DNA from: Octopus sinensis
Taxonomy: Eukaryota
Assembly: GCF_006345805.1 (NCBI RefSeq)
Contig: NC_043002.1
Span: 79,608,001 to 79,672,000 of the forward strand
Reading direction: 5' to 3'
DNA: 64,000 nt
Shown here: one piece after another, positions 13,688 through 26,404 of the stretch
How the letters are laid out: each line of letters opens with the position of its first letter
Position numbering within the stretch: position 1 is the first letter of the stretch
The notes under the pieces: model-generated
What the model saw: only the letters and a program-made list of their open reading frames with translations
Database searches by the model: none
What the model was told of the DNA's origin: nothing
Program-made: the position numbers and the translations under genes

Positions 13688-13746
<59 letters not shown>

Positions 13747-13832
13747 GCGATACGTAGATATATAGGAAGTTAGCGATAAGGATGACAAGGATGAATATGC
13801 GGTGGTAAGCTAGGATATGCACACACATATAC

Positions 13833-13906
<74 letters not shown>

Positions 13907-14102
13907 ATTATAACAATAAGGGTTTTGCAACAAGTTGCAAGAGCCTTATTGTTATAATTATATATAAAAAAAAAACTTTTTGTATGAGTTCTACCGAATA
14001 TGGTCCTTTTCCATATCGAAATACTACTACGGGAAATTTGTTGATTTTATTAAATTAATTATCTTTCACCCTATATCTGTAATGTATATATATATATCTA
14101 TA

Positions 14103-14140
<38 letters not shown>

Positions 14141-14335
14141 TCACACATACGCACACAACACGTTTTTATATTTATATTTACATTTACAAAGAGAAAGAAA
14201 GAAAGGATAAAATGTGGAGAGAGATACATGGATGCATGGGTATACAGTAATTTAATGATAAGGATGATAAAATCGTTATAAGCACGCAGACACATACACA
14301 CACAGCCTAGCGCGCGCGTAATTATTTCCATTTCC

Positions 14336-14372
<37 letters not shown>

Positions 14373-15109
14373 ATATCACTACCTTCATCATTCTTGTCGT
14401 GTTTGCCATCATTTACCCGTTCGTAATCTTTTCGCGTACGTAACTATTTATACCTTGTCATTCTTGTCGTCTGTTTTGTGTTTGTCATTTTTCACAATTT
14501 ACTTTCTTTAATATATGTCTTTCCTTCATATTTTCTTCTTTTTCGTTTGCCTCATTCCCTTCGATACGAGCTACAGATATCTAGTAATTCATACAAAGAA
14601 TAACCAGCACCTATATCTAAGTCTCTCGTCCTAATAATAACTGCAGAACTCTTAATAACGTCGCCATATAAATACATTCTTCAATACCATTCATTACGTT
14701 TTGTGCTAATGATATTTCGTCATATTTTATCTGTGTGCTTTTATATTATTCGTTTTGAAGTTTTACCTCTGTGAGAATATACACAACACAACCATTTGTA
14801 GGTCTTCTTACATCGATTATATATTACTCTCGTCCGAAGCTTATATTGGTCTTTGTTTACACATCGTTTTCATCTTCAGTTTGTCAAGAAGAATAATAGA
14901 CTCTGAAGAATATTGTACTTTTTGAAAATCCATTGAAGCTATAGAAAAAGGTATATTGTCACAATCTTGAAAATCCTGTTTAAATTATTGAACAACAAGA
15001 GAGGGTAAAATTTTCGTGGTTAGTGATTATTGAATGCTTATTAGAACTCCTTGTTGATTATTTTTGCGGCATTTTAAACCCAGGGCTAGCCAGTGGTTTA
15101 CAGATCCCC

Positions 15110-15228
15110 GATCAAAGGCATTCTAGCCGTGACCATCCAATCTTTTCAGGTATATTTTACCGCCATCTACACTACCTAATGATGTTGAAAAAAAAACTGG
15201 ATGACCACGCTAGGAAAGCCTCTGATCA
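15110..15228. mobile_element. Short MITE-like element with ~30-bp imperfect inverted repeats
   Basis: GATCAAAGGCATTCTAGCCGTGACCATCC versus GGATGACCACGCTAGGAAAGCCTCTGATC (reverse complement GATCAGAGGCTTTCCTAGCGTGGTCATCC). Confidence 0.55.
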
Positions 15229-15779
15229 GAGTTCTGCAAGATAATATTAATTAGCTTATGAATATACAACTACAACAACAACAATCATCAACAATTCGAA
15301 TAACTTTTATCAAAGATGGTTGCCAAAATTCGTCGCCCGGTTTAATATCGCCATTTAGCAACAAGAGTAACTTTAATGGAGTCTACTCTGTTGCAAGTAT
15401 TTGAGCCAGAGCTGAAGTTTCTTTCTTTCTTTCCTTCGTTCTTCTTTTCTTTCTTTCTTTCTTTCTTTCTTTCGTTCGTTCTTTCTTTCTTTCTTTCTTT
15501 CTTTTTTTGTTTGTTTCTTTCTTTCTAGGAAATCTCGATGTCATCAAAACAGACATGGGTGACGATTTTTTTCTTCCCACGATAGAGTAAAAAGGCAGAA
15601 GATACCACCATCAATGTTAATTATTGAATATTGACAATGGTGGTGATTCTTGCATTTGAATGGGTAAGTTGCCTCAGAAAAGATGAAATCAACCCTCCAA
15701 TTTAGCAAATTTTGGAATAGAAAGAGAGAGGGAGAGAGAAAGAGAGAGAGAGAATCCTTATTCTTATGAAGAAAGCCAA

Positions 15780-16200
15780 GGTTTGACTATTACAATCCAC
15801 AAAGCCTAAGGGTTAGGAAACTGAACGTCTGGCAATATTCCAGATGTTAGGTACACAGCCCTGGTCTTCGCTTGACCTAGCATTGCAGCTCTAGCAGTTA
15901 CACAAGCTTTGGGAAAAAATATTTCTTGACAAACGGCAATCGTAGTGTACGCTTACAAGTCATTTGCGATGGCATACCAAGTCGTCCATGAAGAGAGCGT
16001 TGATTGCAGATGGGTCTGTAAGAAGAAATGGAGCGGAAAATCCACTCACAAGAAAGGAGGCTCAAGGCAAAACAGTCCGGCGTTCATAAGTAATAGAAAC
16101 GGCTTGAAACCATACCAGCTTTTCACGACATTTCAGGAATAGCTTCCTGAAACTGAACTCAGCTCATAACATCGTCCCAGTACCTACGTAATTTGGAAGT
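15780..16200 (-). mobile_element. Possible highly decayed non-LTR reverse transcriptase fragment (L1/Tx1-like)
   Basis: Minus-strand pieces NVVKSWYGFKPF, ASFLVSGFSAPFLL and INALFMDDL (YxDD-like) occur in the expected order but in different frames. Confidence 0.35.
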
Positions 16201-16809
16201 CTGGTCCGTAGTAGCTCCGTTGGTAATTTAATTTACCTGTCGTTCTAGTGGTGAAAAAATGCCGGACGGCATAAATTTCTACCACAAAGATGCCAAATTT
16301 CAAATATTACAAGGTATATTCTTTCTGTATCCATTTTGATTGGTGCCACTATATCTTCCAGTCTATCTGGCCGCTTACATTTTAGCGAGACGTCTACAAT
16401 TTTTGACTGGAAAGCATCACTACTGTCGTATTTCATTTTTTTTTAAATCCTCAGAACGTAAAGACGGACGAAATGTTGCTAAGCATTTTGTCCGGCGTGC
16501 TAACGATTCCGCTAACAATTTCGATGATGACTTTGGGATTCTGGTCGTACCAATTTTTTTCGCTGTCAAGATCATACTTGTTACAAAGCATCCAATGGTC
16601 AAGCCTTGCTATATTGTCGTGGCGTTTCTTATATTCCTTCTGGGCTAGTGGCGTACATTAGCTGGTAATATACCATACGGTTTCACTAGTTTGTCTCCTT
16701 CATAATAATCCTTTCTATTATAGGCACGAGGCCTGAAGTTTGTACAGAGGGATAAGTTGATCATAACGACCCCAGTAATCGACTGGTACTTAATTTATCG
16801 ATCCCGAAA

Positions 16810-17790
16810 GCACATATTAGAGCCCTCGTTTCCGGTTTTAAATCACTTTTAGTCATCCACAGCCATCTTTTTTCTCTGACTGTTTTATTTTCAAAATCAC
16901 TATGAAATTGTCCATGCATTCTTTTCTTTACAGCATCTATTTTCAGTTTCATTCGATTTCAATTGCTTGTACAGTGATTTATCTTTGCAATCTTTCATCC
17001 TACACAAGCCTGACCATCTTCTAATAGTAGCGGTTCTGTGACATTTTTTACATACAATGCTATGTTGTTTTCTTCTGCTCTAATGCTGTGTTCGCATCTA
17101 ATAAGTCTTCCTCTCTTTTTCTTGGTACATATAGTCTATGTCACGTTCTGGATGACTATATCTAGTTAGCAACTTCTTTGTCTTTCTGTCTAAGCTGTTT
17201 AGTTCGTCTACTGTCCATGCGATTACCCCTGATCCATATCTAAGGAGTGATACCGCCCAGGTTTTGATAGCTTCAATCATTCCGTCCGTTTCATTTCGAC
17301 TTAAGGATCAGTCTCAATCTGCACAAGTACTCCACCTCAATTTTTCTGTCATTTCTTTCTCCATCAATTTATCCATTTCCAAAATCCCCAAGTGCTTATA
17401 GCCCGTCTCTTCTATCTGCTTCATAACCTCCTCCCGACGGTATCGATAGCCCGTTCATACATTTGATTTTGTCTCTCTTCAAGACTAACACGCCTCATTT
17501 TCTCAGTCCGAGCTCCATTCTGATATCAGCACTGAAAGTATACACCGTATCAACGAGGGAACTGACTTGGGATTCATCTTTACCATAAAGGTTGAGGTCA
17601 TTCATGAATAACAAATGGTTGAATTTTTGTTGGCGGCTTTTGAATACATACCCAGCCCTTGCTTTCCTCAGAATCAGTGTTAGCGATATTAAGCACGGTA
17701 CAAAGACAAGTGAGGACAGGCAGCCCCCTTGGAAGAGGCGTCTCCTGATTGCTACTTCTTTCGTTTGCAGTCAGGTCCGTCCTCCAATTC
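16810..17790 (-). mobile_element. R4/Dong-type (RLE) non-LTR retrotransposon fragment, RT and downstream region, pseudogenised
   Basis: IRRRLFQGGCLSSL, NHLLFMNDLNLYGKDE, AIKTWAVSLLRYG..W...EL..LDRKT, MHGQF, WLWMTKSDLKPET. Confidence 0.85.
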
Positions 17791-17914
17791 GCCATACTTT
17801 TTCCAAGCAATCGCTTGGAAGGGATTACTTTACCTTTTATCTTTTCAGGCTCAGTAACATAAATACCAGTTGCATATTGGGCTCGACGTAATCGACTTAC
17901 ACAATCCCCCTAAA

Positions 17915-17926
17915 ATAATAATAATA

Positions 17927-18003
<77 letters not shown>

Positions 18004-18095
18004 GTTGTTGTTGTTATTGTTATTGTTGTTGTTTTTGTTGTTGCTATTATTATTATTATTATCATTATTATTACTATTATTATTATTATTATTAT
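17915..18095. repeat. (TAA)n abutting its inverse (TTA)n/(TTG)n
   Basis: AATAATAATA|ATTATTATTA strand switch at ~17970. Confidence 0.9.
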
Positions 18096-18096
18096 C

Positions 18097-18525
18097 AAGG
18101 TTGTGCACTTGCAGAATATTTAGCGCAGCGAACAAAATGTTAAGCGGCATCTTTTACAGCTTTACATTTCGAGCTGAAATTCCGCCGAGTCGACTTTATC
18201 ATTGATTCCTTTCAAGACGATAAAATAATTACTGGTTGAGCACAGAGGTCGATGTAATCGACTTAAACTTCGCACAAAATTCCTGTACTTGAATTTGAAA
18301 CCATTATTAAGGCTACGATCTGACAGAATCGTTAGCACACTGCACAAAATGCTGACCACCATTTTCTCCAAATTTACGTTCTGATTCCAAATGCCGTCGA
18401 GTCGACTTTATCTTTTATATTTTTCAGGGTCAATAACATAAATACCAGTTGTATATTGGGGTCGATGTAATCGACTTACACAATCTCCCTAAAATATCAG
18501 GCCTTGTGCCAGTAGTAGAACGCAT
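18097..18525 (+). mobile_element. Two tandem SINE family A copies (plus a 3' fragment at ~17826-17915)
   Basis: CAGAAT..TTAGC heads, GAGTCGACTTTA core, AATACCAGTT..GGGGTCGATGTAATCGAC. Confidence 0.8.
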
Positions 18526-18613
18526 AACATTGTTATTATTGTAATTGCTGGTACTGATTATGATGATAATGATGATATTGCTGTTGTTGATAGGGCTGAT
18601 GACGTTGCTGTTG

Positions 18614-18702
18614 TCTTCTTCTTCTTCTTCTTCTTCTTCTTCTTCTTCTTCTTCTTCTTCTTCTTCTTCTTCTTCTTCTTCTTCTTCTTCTTCTTCTTCT
18701 TC
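18614..18702. repeat. (TTC)n microsatellite
   Basis: Directly visible. Confidence 0.98.
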
Positions 18703-18994
18703 CAATCAGGACTCACGCCATCAGCCACAAAGAATAATCTCTAATTCGAGCCTACTCTAAGCTACTAAGAATGCGTGTGGCAACTTGAAGATCCACCCAC
18801 CACACGCGATAGACTGAAGGTTGCACGGGCGCAAAAGCTACGCTGTTATCCGAGTTCCGTAAACGGTGGATCTTAACTGGTGGACAGCTGCACCATCCTG
18901 GGGGTATAAAGGATTCGCAACCTAGACTAGGTTCTGAAAGTTTACCACACCATAGTGGGTTACACTATGGTTCCTCTGCTTTGTGGCAGAAGTA

Positions 18995-19171
18995 CGAAGA
19001 AAGAGTGAGAGATAGTTGTGGTGGAAGAGTACAGCGGGGTTCAATAGCCGGAGCCTCGTGAAGATTAGGTGCTTTTGCTCAATAAACACTCACAATGCCT
19101 GGTCTGGGGATCGAAACCGTGTTCTTACGACCGCGAGTCTGCTGCCCTAACCACTGGGCCTTTGCGCCTCC
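18995..19171 (-). mobile_element. SINE family C copy (tRNA-derived head)
   Basis: Reverse complement GGAGGCGCAAAGGCCCAGTGGTTAGGGCAGCAGACTCGCGGTCGTAAGAACACGGTTTCGATCCCCAG matches the copy at 55059. Confidence 0.85.
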
Positions 19172-19536
19172 ACCGTTGCTGTTGTTGATAGTGTTGATGA
19201 TGTTGCTGCACTATAGTAACTACACAATTAACACAACTTAACCTCTCATATTGTTTTCTTATGTGGCAATGTTTGCGAAGTAAATATTAAGAAAAAAAAA
19301 ATAACTAAACGAAATGGAAAAAAAAAACTGTAAAGAGAACAAAAATTAAAAAAAATACTTGAAGAATAAATAAAAAAAAGCCCTCACCTCTCAAAATAAG
19401 TAAACAAATATGGAAGGGTAAAAAAATTCAAATCGACAATTTTGCACTCCGCAACAACAGTGAAATACTTTGGTATATTAACACTATATTATTTTTTTCC
19501 TTCTTTCACCTCGATTACTGTAGTATTATTTTCTAT

Positions 19537-19579
<43 letters not shown>

Positions 19580-19732
19580 CGTATGTATGTATGTATGCAT
19601 GTATGTATGTATGTATGTATGTATGTATGTATGTATGTATGTATATATATGTATATATATGTATATATATATAAATATATATAATATATATGTATGTATG
19701 TATATATGTATACATATATATATATATATATT

Positions 19733-20245
19733 GTATATATATATATATGCATACATGTACACACACACACATGCAAATATATGTATACATACACACACAC
19801 ACACATACACATATATATAGATATGAATATACTGCCTATAGTTATGTACATATGGACGTACATATATGTATGCATATTCATAAATACGTATGCGCATATA
19901 TGTATATATATACATATATGCTATATATACCCGTATATAAAACGCTATATATGCATATATATATGTATATATATACGTGTGTGGTGTTTATGCTCAAGCT
20001 TACACATAAACACACACGTCCTCGTGACAATGTTGAAATGCTGGTGAGTAAGGTTCTACTTATGTACTTTTACAGACACTTTCAATGCATATTCCAACAT
20101 ACTTGACTGACTATGCATATAAGTACGTGTAATTGTGTGTGTGTGCATACATATAATATATAGTGTCTACATTTATGTAGATATGTATGAATGTGTGTAT
20201 GCATATATATATATACACACACACATATATATATATATATATACG

Positions 20246-20286
<41 letters not shown>

Positions 20287-20936
20287 ATATGTAATTATGG
20301 ACCATTATATTTTCTTTTAGCGTTTCCATCTCTGTGCCCCATTGATTCTCTCTACCTCTGTGCGACTTCTACATTTTTCCTGTCAATCCGTCCCTTCCAC
20401 TTTCCCTATGTATATTCATGTCTGTATATATATATATGCATACATGTACACACACACACATGCAAATATATGTATACATACACACACACACACATACACA
20501 TATATATAGATATGAATATACTGCCTATAGTTATGTACATATGGACGTACATATATGTATGCATATTCATAAATACGTATGCGCATATATGTATATATAT
20601 ACATATATGCTATATATACCCGTATATAAAACGCTATATATGCATATATATATGTATATATATACGTGTGTGTGTGTTTATGCTCAAGCTTACACATAAA
20701 CACACACGTCCTCGTGACAATGTTGAAATGCTGGTGAGTAAGGTTCTACTTATGTACTTTTACAGACACTTTCAATGCATATTCCAACATACTTGACTGA
20801 CTATGCATATAAGTACGTGTAATTGTGTGTGTGTGCATACATATAATATATAAGTGTCTACATTTATGTAGATATGTATGAATGTGTGTATGCATATATA
20901 TATATACACACACACACATATATATATATATATACG

Positions 20937-20981
<45 letters not shown>

Positions 20982-21120
20982 ATATGTAATTATGGACCAT
21001 TATATTTTCTTTTAGCGTTTCCATCTCTGTGCCCCATTGATTCTCTCTACCTCTGTGCGACTTCTACATTTTTCCTGTCAATCCGTCCCTTCCACTTTCC
21101 CTATGTATATTCATGTCTGT
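19733..21120. repeat. ~690-bp near-identical tandem duplication (2 units)
   Basis: Unique segments such as CGTCCTCGTGACAATGTTGAAATGCTGGTGAGTAAGG (~20017 and ~20707) and CCATCTCTGTGCCCCATTGATTC (~20326 and ~21021) recur at ~690-695 bp spacing. Confidence 0.95.
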
Positions 21121-21212
21121 ATATATATATATATGTATATATATACATGAATATATACGTGTGTGTGTTTATGTATATATCTATATATACATATACATAT
21201 ATATATATATAT

Positions 21213-21269
<57 letters not shown>

Positions 21270-21646
21270 ATATATATATAATTACATGTATGTATATATC
21301 GTTTTGCGCGTGCAAACACGGATCCGTATGCGCGCACGCATATATCCAGTTTGCTCTGCCACAATCTTCTTGCAATCAATAATAAAACATATTTATGCTA
21401 TCCCTACACCGAAACAATTTTTTTTTTATCCCAAGGTATTATCTTCATTATAATTATTATTGTCGTGCTTATTGTTATTCTTTTTATTATCATGTTTTTT
21501 TTTAGAGTCCTTTTTCACCGCCTTATCATCATGACCATCACGGCCATGATGGGCACCTAGAACACCATGATCATCATCTTCGTTATGACCAACATCTTTA
21601 TCATCATCACTGTGATGATGATGATGACGATGAATCTTTATTCGTG

Positions 21647-21723
<77 letters not shown>

Positions 21724-22205
21724 GTGTGTTTATGTTTGTGCGTGCGTCTGTGTGTGTGTAGACACATATATACATGTGTATACTCATATATGTGTTGCAT
21801 GGATATATATATATATATGCGTGTGTGTATGCAAACACATGCTCAGATATGTATGTATACATACATACATACATACACACATATATATACATACATATAT
21901 AGTTATATATATATATATACACATACATATAAAGTTATATATATATATATATCTGTGTATGTATGCATGTATATATGAATATATGTGTTTATATGTAATC
22001 TCGTATTTGTTTTTCCAAACCTTCTCTAAACACTTAATTTCGAAATTTATCTTTGAAACTTTTATCACAATATATCTTGAAATTAAAGGTTTTACATTTC
22101 TTAAAAGAGTCTTGTTTACAGGTAGCAAATTATATACAGTAAAAATTGTTACTTTTAAAAGCAGTTTTGTTGGCTCGGGCGAAATAAACCAAAATCAAAA
22201 GCAAC

Positions 22206-22263
<58 letters not shown>

Positions 22264-22284
22264 TAGTAATAATAATAATAATAA

Positions 22285-22322
<38 letters not shown>

Positions 22323-22546
22323 TAATAATAATAATAGTCATAATAATAGTAATAGTGATGATGATGATGATGATGATGATGGTGCTGATGATAGTGATGA
22401 TGATGCTAGTAGTGATAGTAGTAGTAACAGCAGCAGCAGCAGCAGTAGCAGTAGTAGTAATAGGAGTAGTGGTAGTAGTAGTTGTAGTAGTAGTAGTAGT
22501 AGAATTAATAGTGATAACAATAATGGTGTTAATAATAATAAAAATG

Positions 22547-22595
<49 letters not shown>

Positions 22596-22700
22596 CAACA
22601 ACAACAACAACAACAACCATCACCACCACCACCACCACCATCACCATCACCACCACCACCACCACTACAACAACAACAACAACAGTGATAACAATAATAA
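22206..22700. repeat. Compound trinucleotide tract (AAT/GAT/GTA/GCA/CAA/CAC)
   Basis: Directly visible in-register trinucleotide switching. Confidence 0.95.
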
Positions 22701-23108
22701 AAGCAATACTGGAGAAGCAAGAAAATAATATAAAGAAATCTTTTCTTTCTCGTTGTAATATAACTTTGGTATGATGGCGGCGATTCAGTAGGTATTAAGT
22801 GTAAAGTAAGATGTGTCAGAAGAAGAAGAAGGTGTAGGAAATAAAATGAATGAAAGTATAATAGAGAGTAATCCTTGAATAATATACGACAAACAATAAA
22901 TAATGACGAGAAAAAATACGTTAAGAAAAAAAATATATAAACGTATATTTGAAGAACTAAGCAGAAAATTGCGGGGAGATAAAAAAAAAATAGAAGCGAA
23001 ATACACATTCCAATTCTGAATACAATACTAACAAAACGTATCAACAGGCGGTGGTAAACTGAGAACAACACCATCTATGATGGTGATGATGATGATGATG
23101 ATACTATA

Positions 23109-23178
<70 letters not shown>

Positions 23179-23199
23179 ATAATAATAATAATAATGATA

Positions 23200-23872
23200 A
23201 TCATGGCTTCATATTTTGCCATAAGGGCAGCAATTTTTGTGGGAAGACTATAAAATTATTACATCGACCACAGTACGGAACTGGTATTTAATTTAAGGCG
23301 GCGAGCTGGCAGAAACGTTAGCACGCCGGGCGAAATGCTTAGCAGTATTTCGTCTGCCGCCACGTTCTGAGTTCAAATTCCGCCGAGGTCGACTTTGCCT
23401 TTCATCCTTTCGGGGTCGATTAAATAAGTACCCGTTACGCACTGGGGTCGATATAATCGACTTAATCCGTTTGTCTGTCCTTGTTTGTCCCTTCTGTGTT
23501 TAACCCCTTGTGGGTAGTAAAGAAATAGGTATTTAATTTATCGACCCCGAAAGGATGAAAGGTAAAGTCGACCTCGGCAGAATTTGAACTCAGAAGGTAC
23601 CAACGGGCGAAATACCGCTAAGCATTTCGTCCAGCGCGCTAACGATTCTGCCAGATTACCGGCTTTATGATTATAAAAATAATAATCCTTTCTAATATTG
23701 GGGGATTAATGGTTACATTGATCCCAGTACTCAGCTGGTACATATTTTATCGACTGCGTAAGGATGAAAGGCACAGTCGATCTCGGTGCAATTTTAAATC
23801 AGAACGTAGCGACAGGCGAAATATCGCGAACCATTTCGTCCAGCGCGCTAGCAATTCTGCCAGCTCAGCGCA
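23200..23872 (-). mobile_element. Two minus-strand SINE family A copies, the first interrupted by a plus-strand insertion
   Basis: ATCGACC..AGTAC..AACTGGTATTTAATTT | ATCGACCCCGAAAGGATGAAAGG..AATTTGAACTCAGAA..GATTCTGCCAG; second copy ~23680-23872. Confidence 0.85.
23296..23527 (+). mobile_element. Young full-length long-tail SINE family A copy with 13-bp target-site duplication
   Basis: Near-consensus copy flanked by GGTATTTAATTTA at 23283-23295 and 23528-23540. Confidence 0.9.
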
Positions 23873-23929
23873 TTAATAATAATAATAATAACAATAATAA
23901 TAAGAATGATGATAATGATAATAATGTTA

Positions 23930-23998
<69 letters not shown>

Positions 23999-24027
23999 GT
24001 AATAATAATAATAATAACAATAATAAC

Positions 24028-24067
<40 letters not shown>

Positions 24068-24129
24068 TAATAATAATGATAATGATAATAATAATGATAA
24101 TGATAATAATAAACATATGTAAGTAAGAT

Positions 24130-25030
24130 TCATGAATTGTGTTACTGAACGAGAGAGGAGAATCTGAATCGGATACCCCAAAATTTCTGAGTATACTTGA
24201 TTAAAGTATAAAGATTAACCAAATCCAAGATGAGAATAAACCACCTACTTTATATGTATGACCTCAAGCTATATACAAAAAACAATGCGATAGACCAAGA
24301 TTCTTTCATCCAAAGAGTGAGAATATTCAGCAATGATATTGGAATGTAGTTTGGAGTAAATAATTGCCCCGTACTAATTATGGAGGCAGGAACGTAAACT
24401 CTGGTGGTTGAATATTACCAGAAGACAACATCATTAAATCGCTGTAGAATAGAGGGATACAATTATCTAGAAGTGCTGCAAGACGAGAGGATAATGGTAT
24501 AAGAAATGAGAGGAGAAAATCTCTAAAGAGTACAGGAGAATTAGAAAAGTACGTAAGATAAAATTAAATGATGCGAACATTATTAAAACCATAAACATAT
24601 GGGCTATACCAATATTGAGATATTCTGTTCCTTTTCTGAAATGGACAAAGGTCGAGCTACAAAACTTGGGAGTAGTGGAACTACAATGCTGTATACAATG
24701 CACAACATACTGCACTCTAAAATTAATACCGACCGACTCCATCTGCCAAGAAAAGAAGGCGGCAAAGGATTACGAAACACAGAAGACAGTGTTAATGCTG
24801 CGTTACTGGGTCTGAAAATACATGTTGTGCAGAATAAAAAACAAAATAGTGTCGGCAGTCAGAAATACTCTAAAATTGCTTGAAACAGTACGAAACTTCA
24901 AACAGAAGAGGAAGAGCAGCAGAATAAACAAATGGAAAGAAATGGAACTGCATGACGAATTCATGAAGCATAATATGTAGAAAACAGCATCACCAGAGGC
25001 AACAAGCATATTACTAAAGAATAAATACTA
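24130..25030 (+). mobile_element. R4/Dong-type non-LTR retrotransposon fragment
   Basis: INHLLYMYDLKLYTKN, IIKTINIWAIPILRYS, LHSKINTDRLHLPRKEGGKGL, WKEMELHDEF; follows a (TAA)n tract at 23873-24112. Confidence 0.85.
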
Positions 25031-25260
25031 TCTCAAAGAGCCGGGTGTTAAAATACGACATTCATGGAGAAGATTGGAGGTGAGTTATCTCGCCTGACTT
25101 TGACTTTCAGGTGTTTAAACACCCAGGGCTTTGACAGAGTATTCCCCATCACGCTAATTCGCAGCCTACCGACAAATACGCAGTGTTTATGTATTAAATA
25201 ATTGCGGCTGATATATGTGTGTGTGTGCGCGTGTACGCGCGGTGTGTGTTGAATCGCTTA

Positions 25261-25465
25261 TCTATTATATAAAATCCGTTCTGTCTGTCTGTGTGTGTGT
25301 CTTCTAGGATCTCGGACATCCTCCATCCGATTGCGCTCAAATTTGATATGTAGATACCGACGGTATCAGGGCGTGTGTAAGTCTTGAAAAAATTACAAAA
25401 ATTTATTCCAGGTGAGAATGCGATTGATAAAGCCATTTTTGTCCTGATTTTCTTCCGTCAACCTG
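25261..25465 (+). mobile_element. Non-autonomous Helitron-like 5' end
   Basis: A|TCTATTATATAAAA start followed by (CTGT)n and ATCTCGG..CCGATT..AAATTTG, the layout of invertebrate non-autonomous Helitron 5' regions. Confidence 0.6.
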
Positions 25466-25602
25466 TACATAACTGCACCCAGTGGCCCAGCAACAACATT
25501 TCCTAAGGGGTTACAAACCCAGGTCCTAATTTTTATAATGAAATATGTGGATTTTTCCAATGTTAACATTAAAACAAATGCAGGTATAATAATTTTTATT
25601 AC

Positions 25603-26000
25603 TATGAGGATCGGCTGAAATGTTCATAATCTGAGCAAGACACTCTCAATGGAATGTGACCAAATGAAGTTCATTTTCTAACATAGTTCCTCTTACTGTC
25701 CATACACTTCCATTAGTAGTTGCAGTGCTTGGGTCGCACTGGTGAAGAAGCTTTTCTGTTGATCAAAATGGTCATCAAAAAGAGATAAGATGTTATCATC
25801 ATAGTGATACTGAGTGTTTTTCTATGTTGGGAAACAAATGATAACCAGAAGGAACCAAATCACTAACATAGGGAGGATGATCAACCAGTTCAAAGCCAGT
25901 CACATACAGCAGCCATTGAAACCAAGGACTTGTGTGCTGAAGCATTGTCCTAATGAAACAAGACCCCATTCATCAGTTTTTCTGGGTGTTTGGTCTTCAT
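25603..26000 (-). mobile_element. Mariner transposase 3' fragment with right end
   Basis: Minus strand VLFH*DNASAHKS, ELVDHPPYVSDLVPSGYHLFP and WKCMDSKRNYV (cf. HDNA, YSPDLAPSD, WKKCV..GDYVE). Confidence 0.8.
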
Positions 26001-26404
26001 AGCCTTTTATAACTGCCTTAGGAAGTTGGTATTGAAATTTTCCATTGATGGTGTGATCATTTTGAAGATAGCCAATAAACACAATAATTTTTGCATTAAT
26101 GCATAGTATATATAATAATGTGAAGTATATTTTGCATATTAAAATGTTTAATTTTGGAAATGTATCAAGCAGAGCTAAAATAAGCAGTAAAAATACAAAT
26201 TGCAAGTATTTCAAAATGTGGGACACTACATGGCAAAAACTAAAAAAAAGGAAGAAAATAGTGGTGCTTGTGTTCTAAAGGTATAATGAGAAGACTCAGG
26301 AGAAGGATAGAGAGATGGGGTAGAGGGAAGGAAGTTAGAAGGAAAGAAAAGAATGAAAAGTGAAAAGATAAATTGGGGATCTGAAATGAGTACTAGGCAG
26401 GAAA

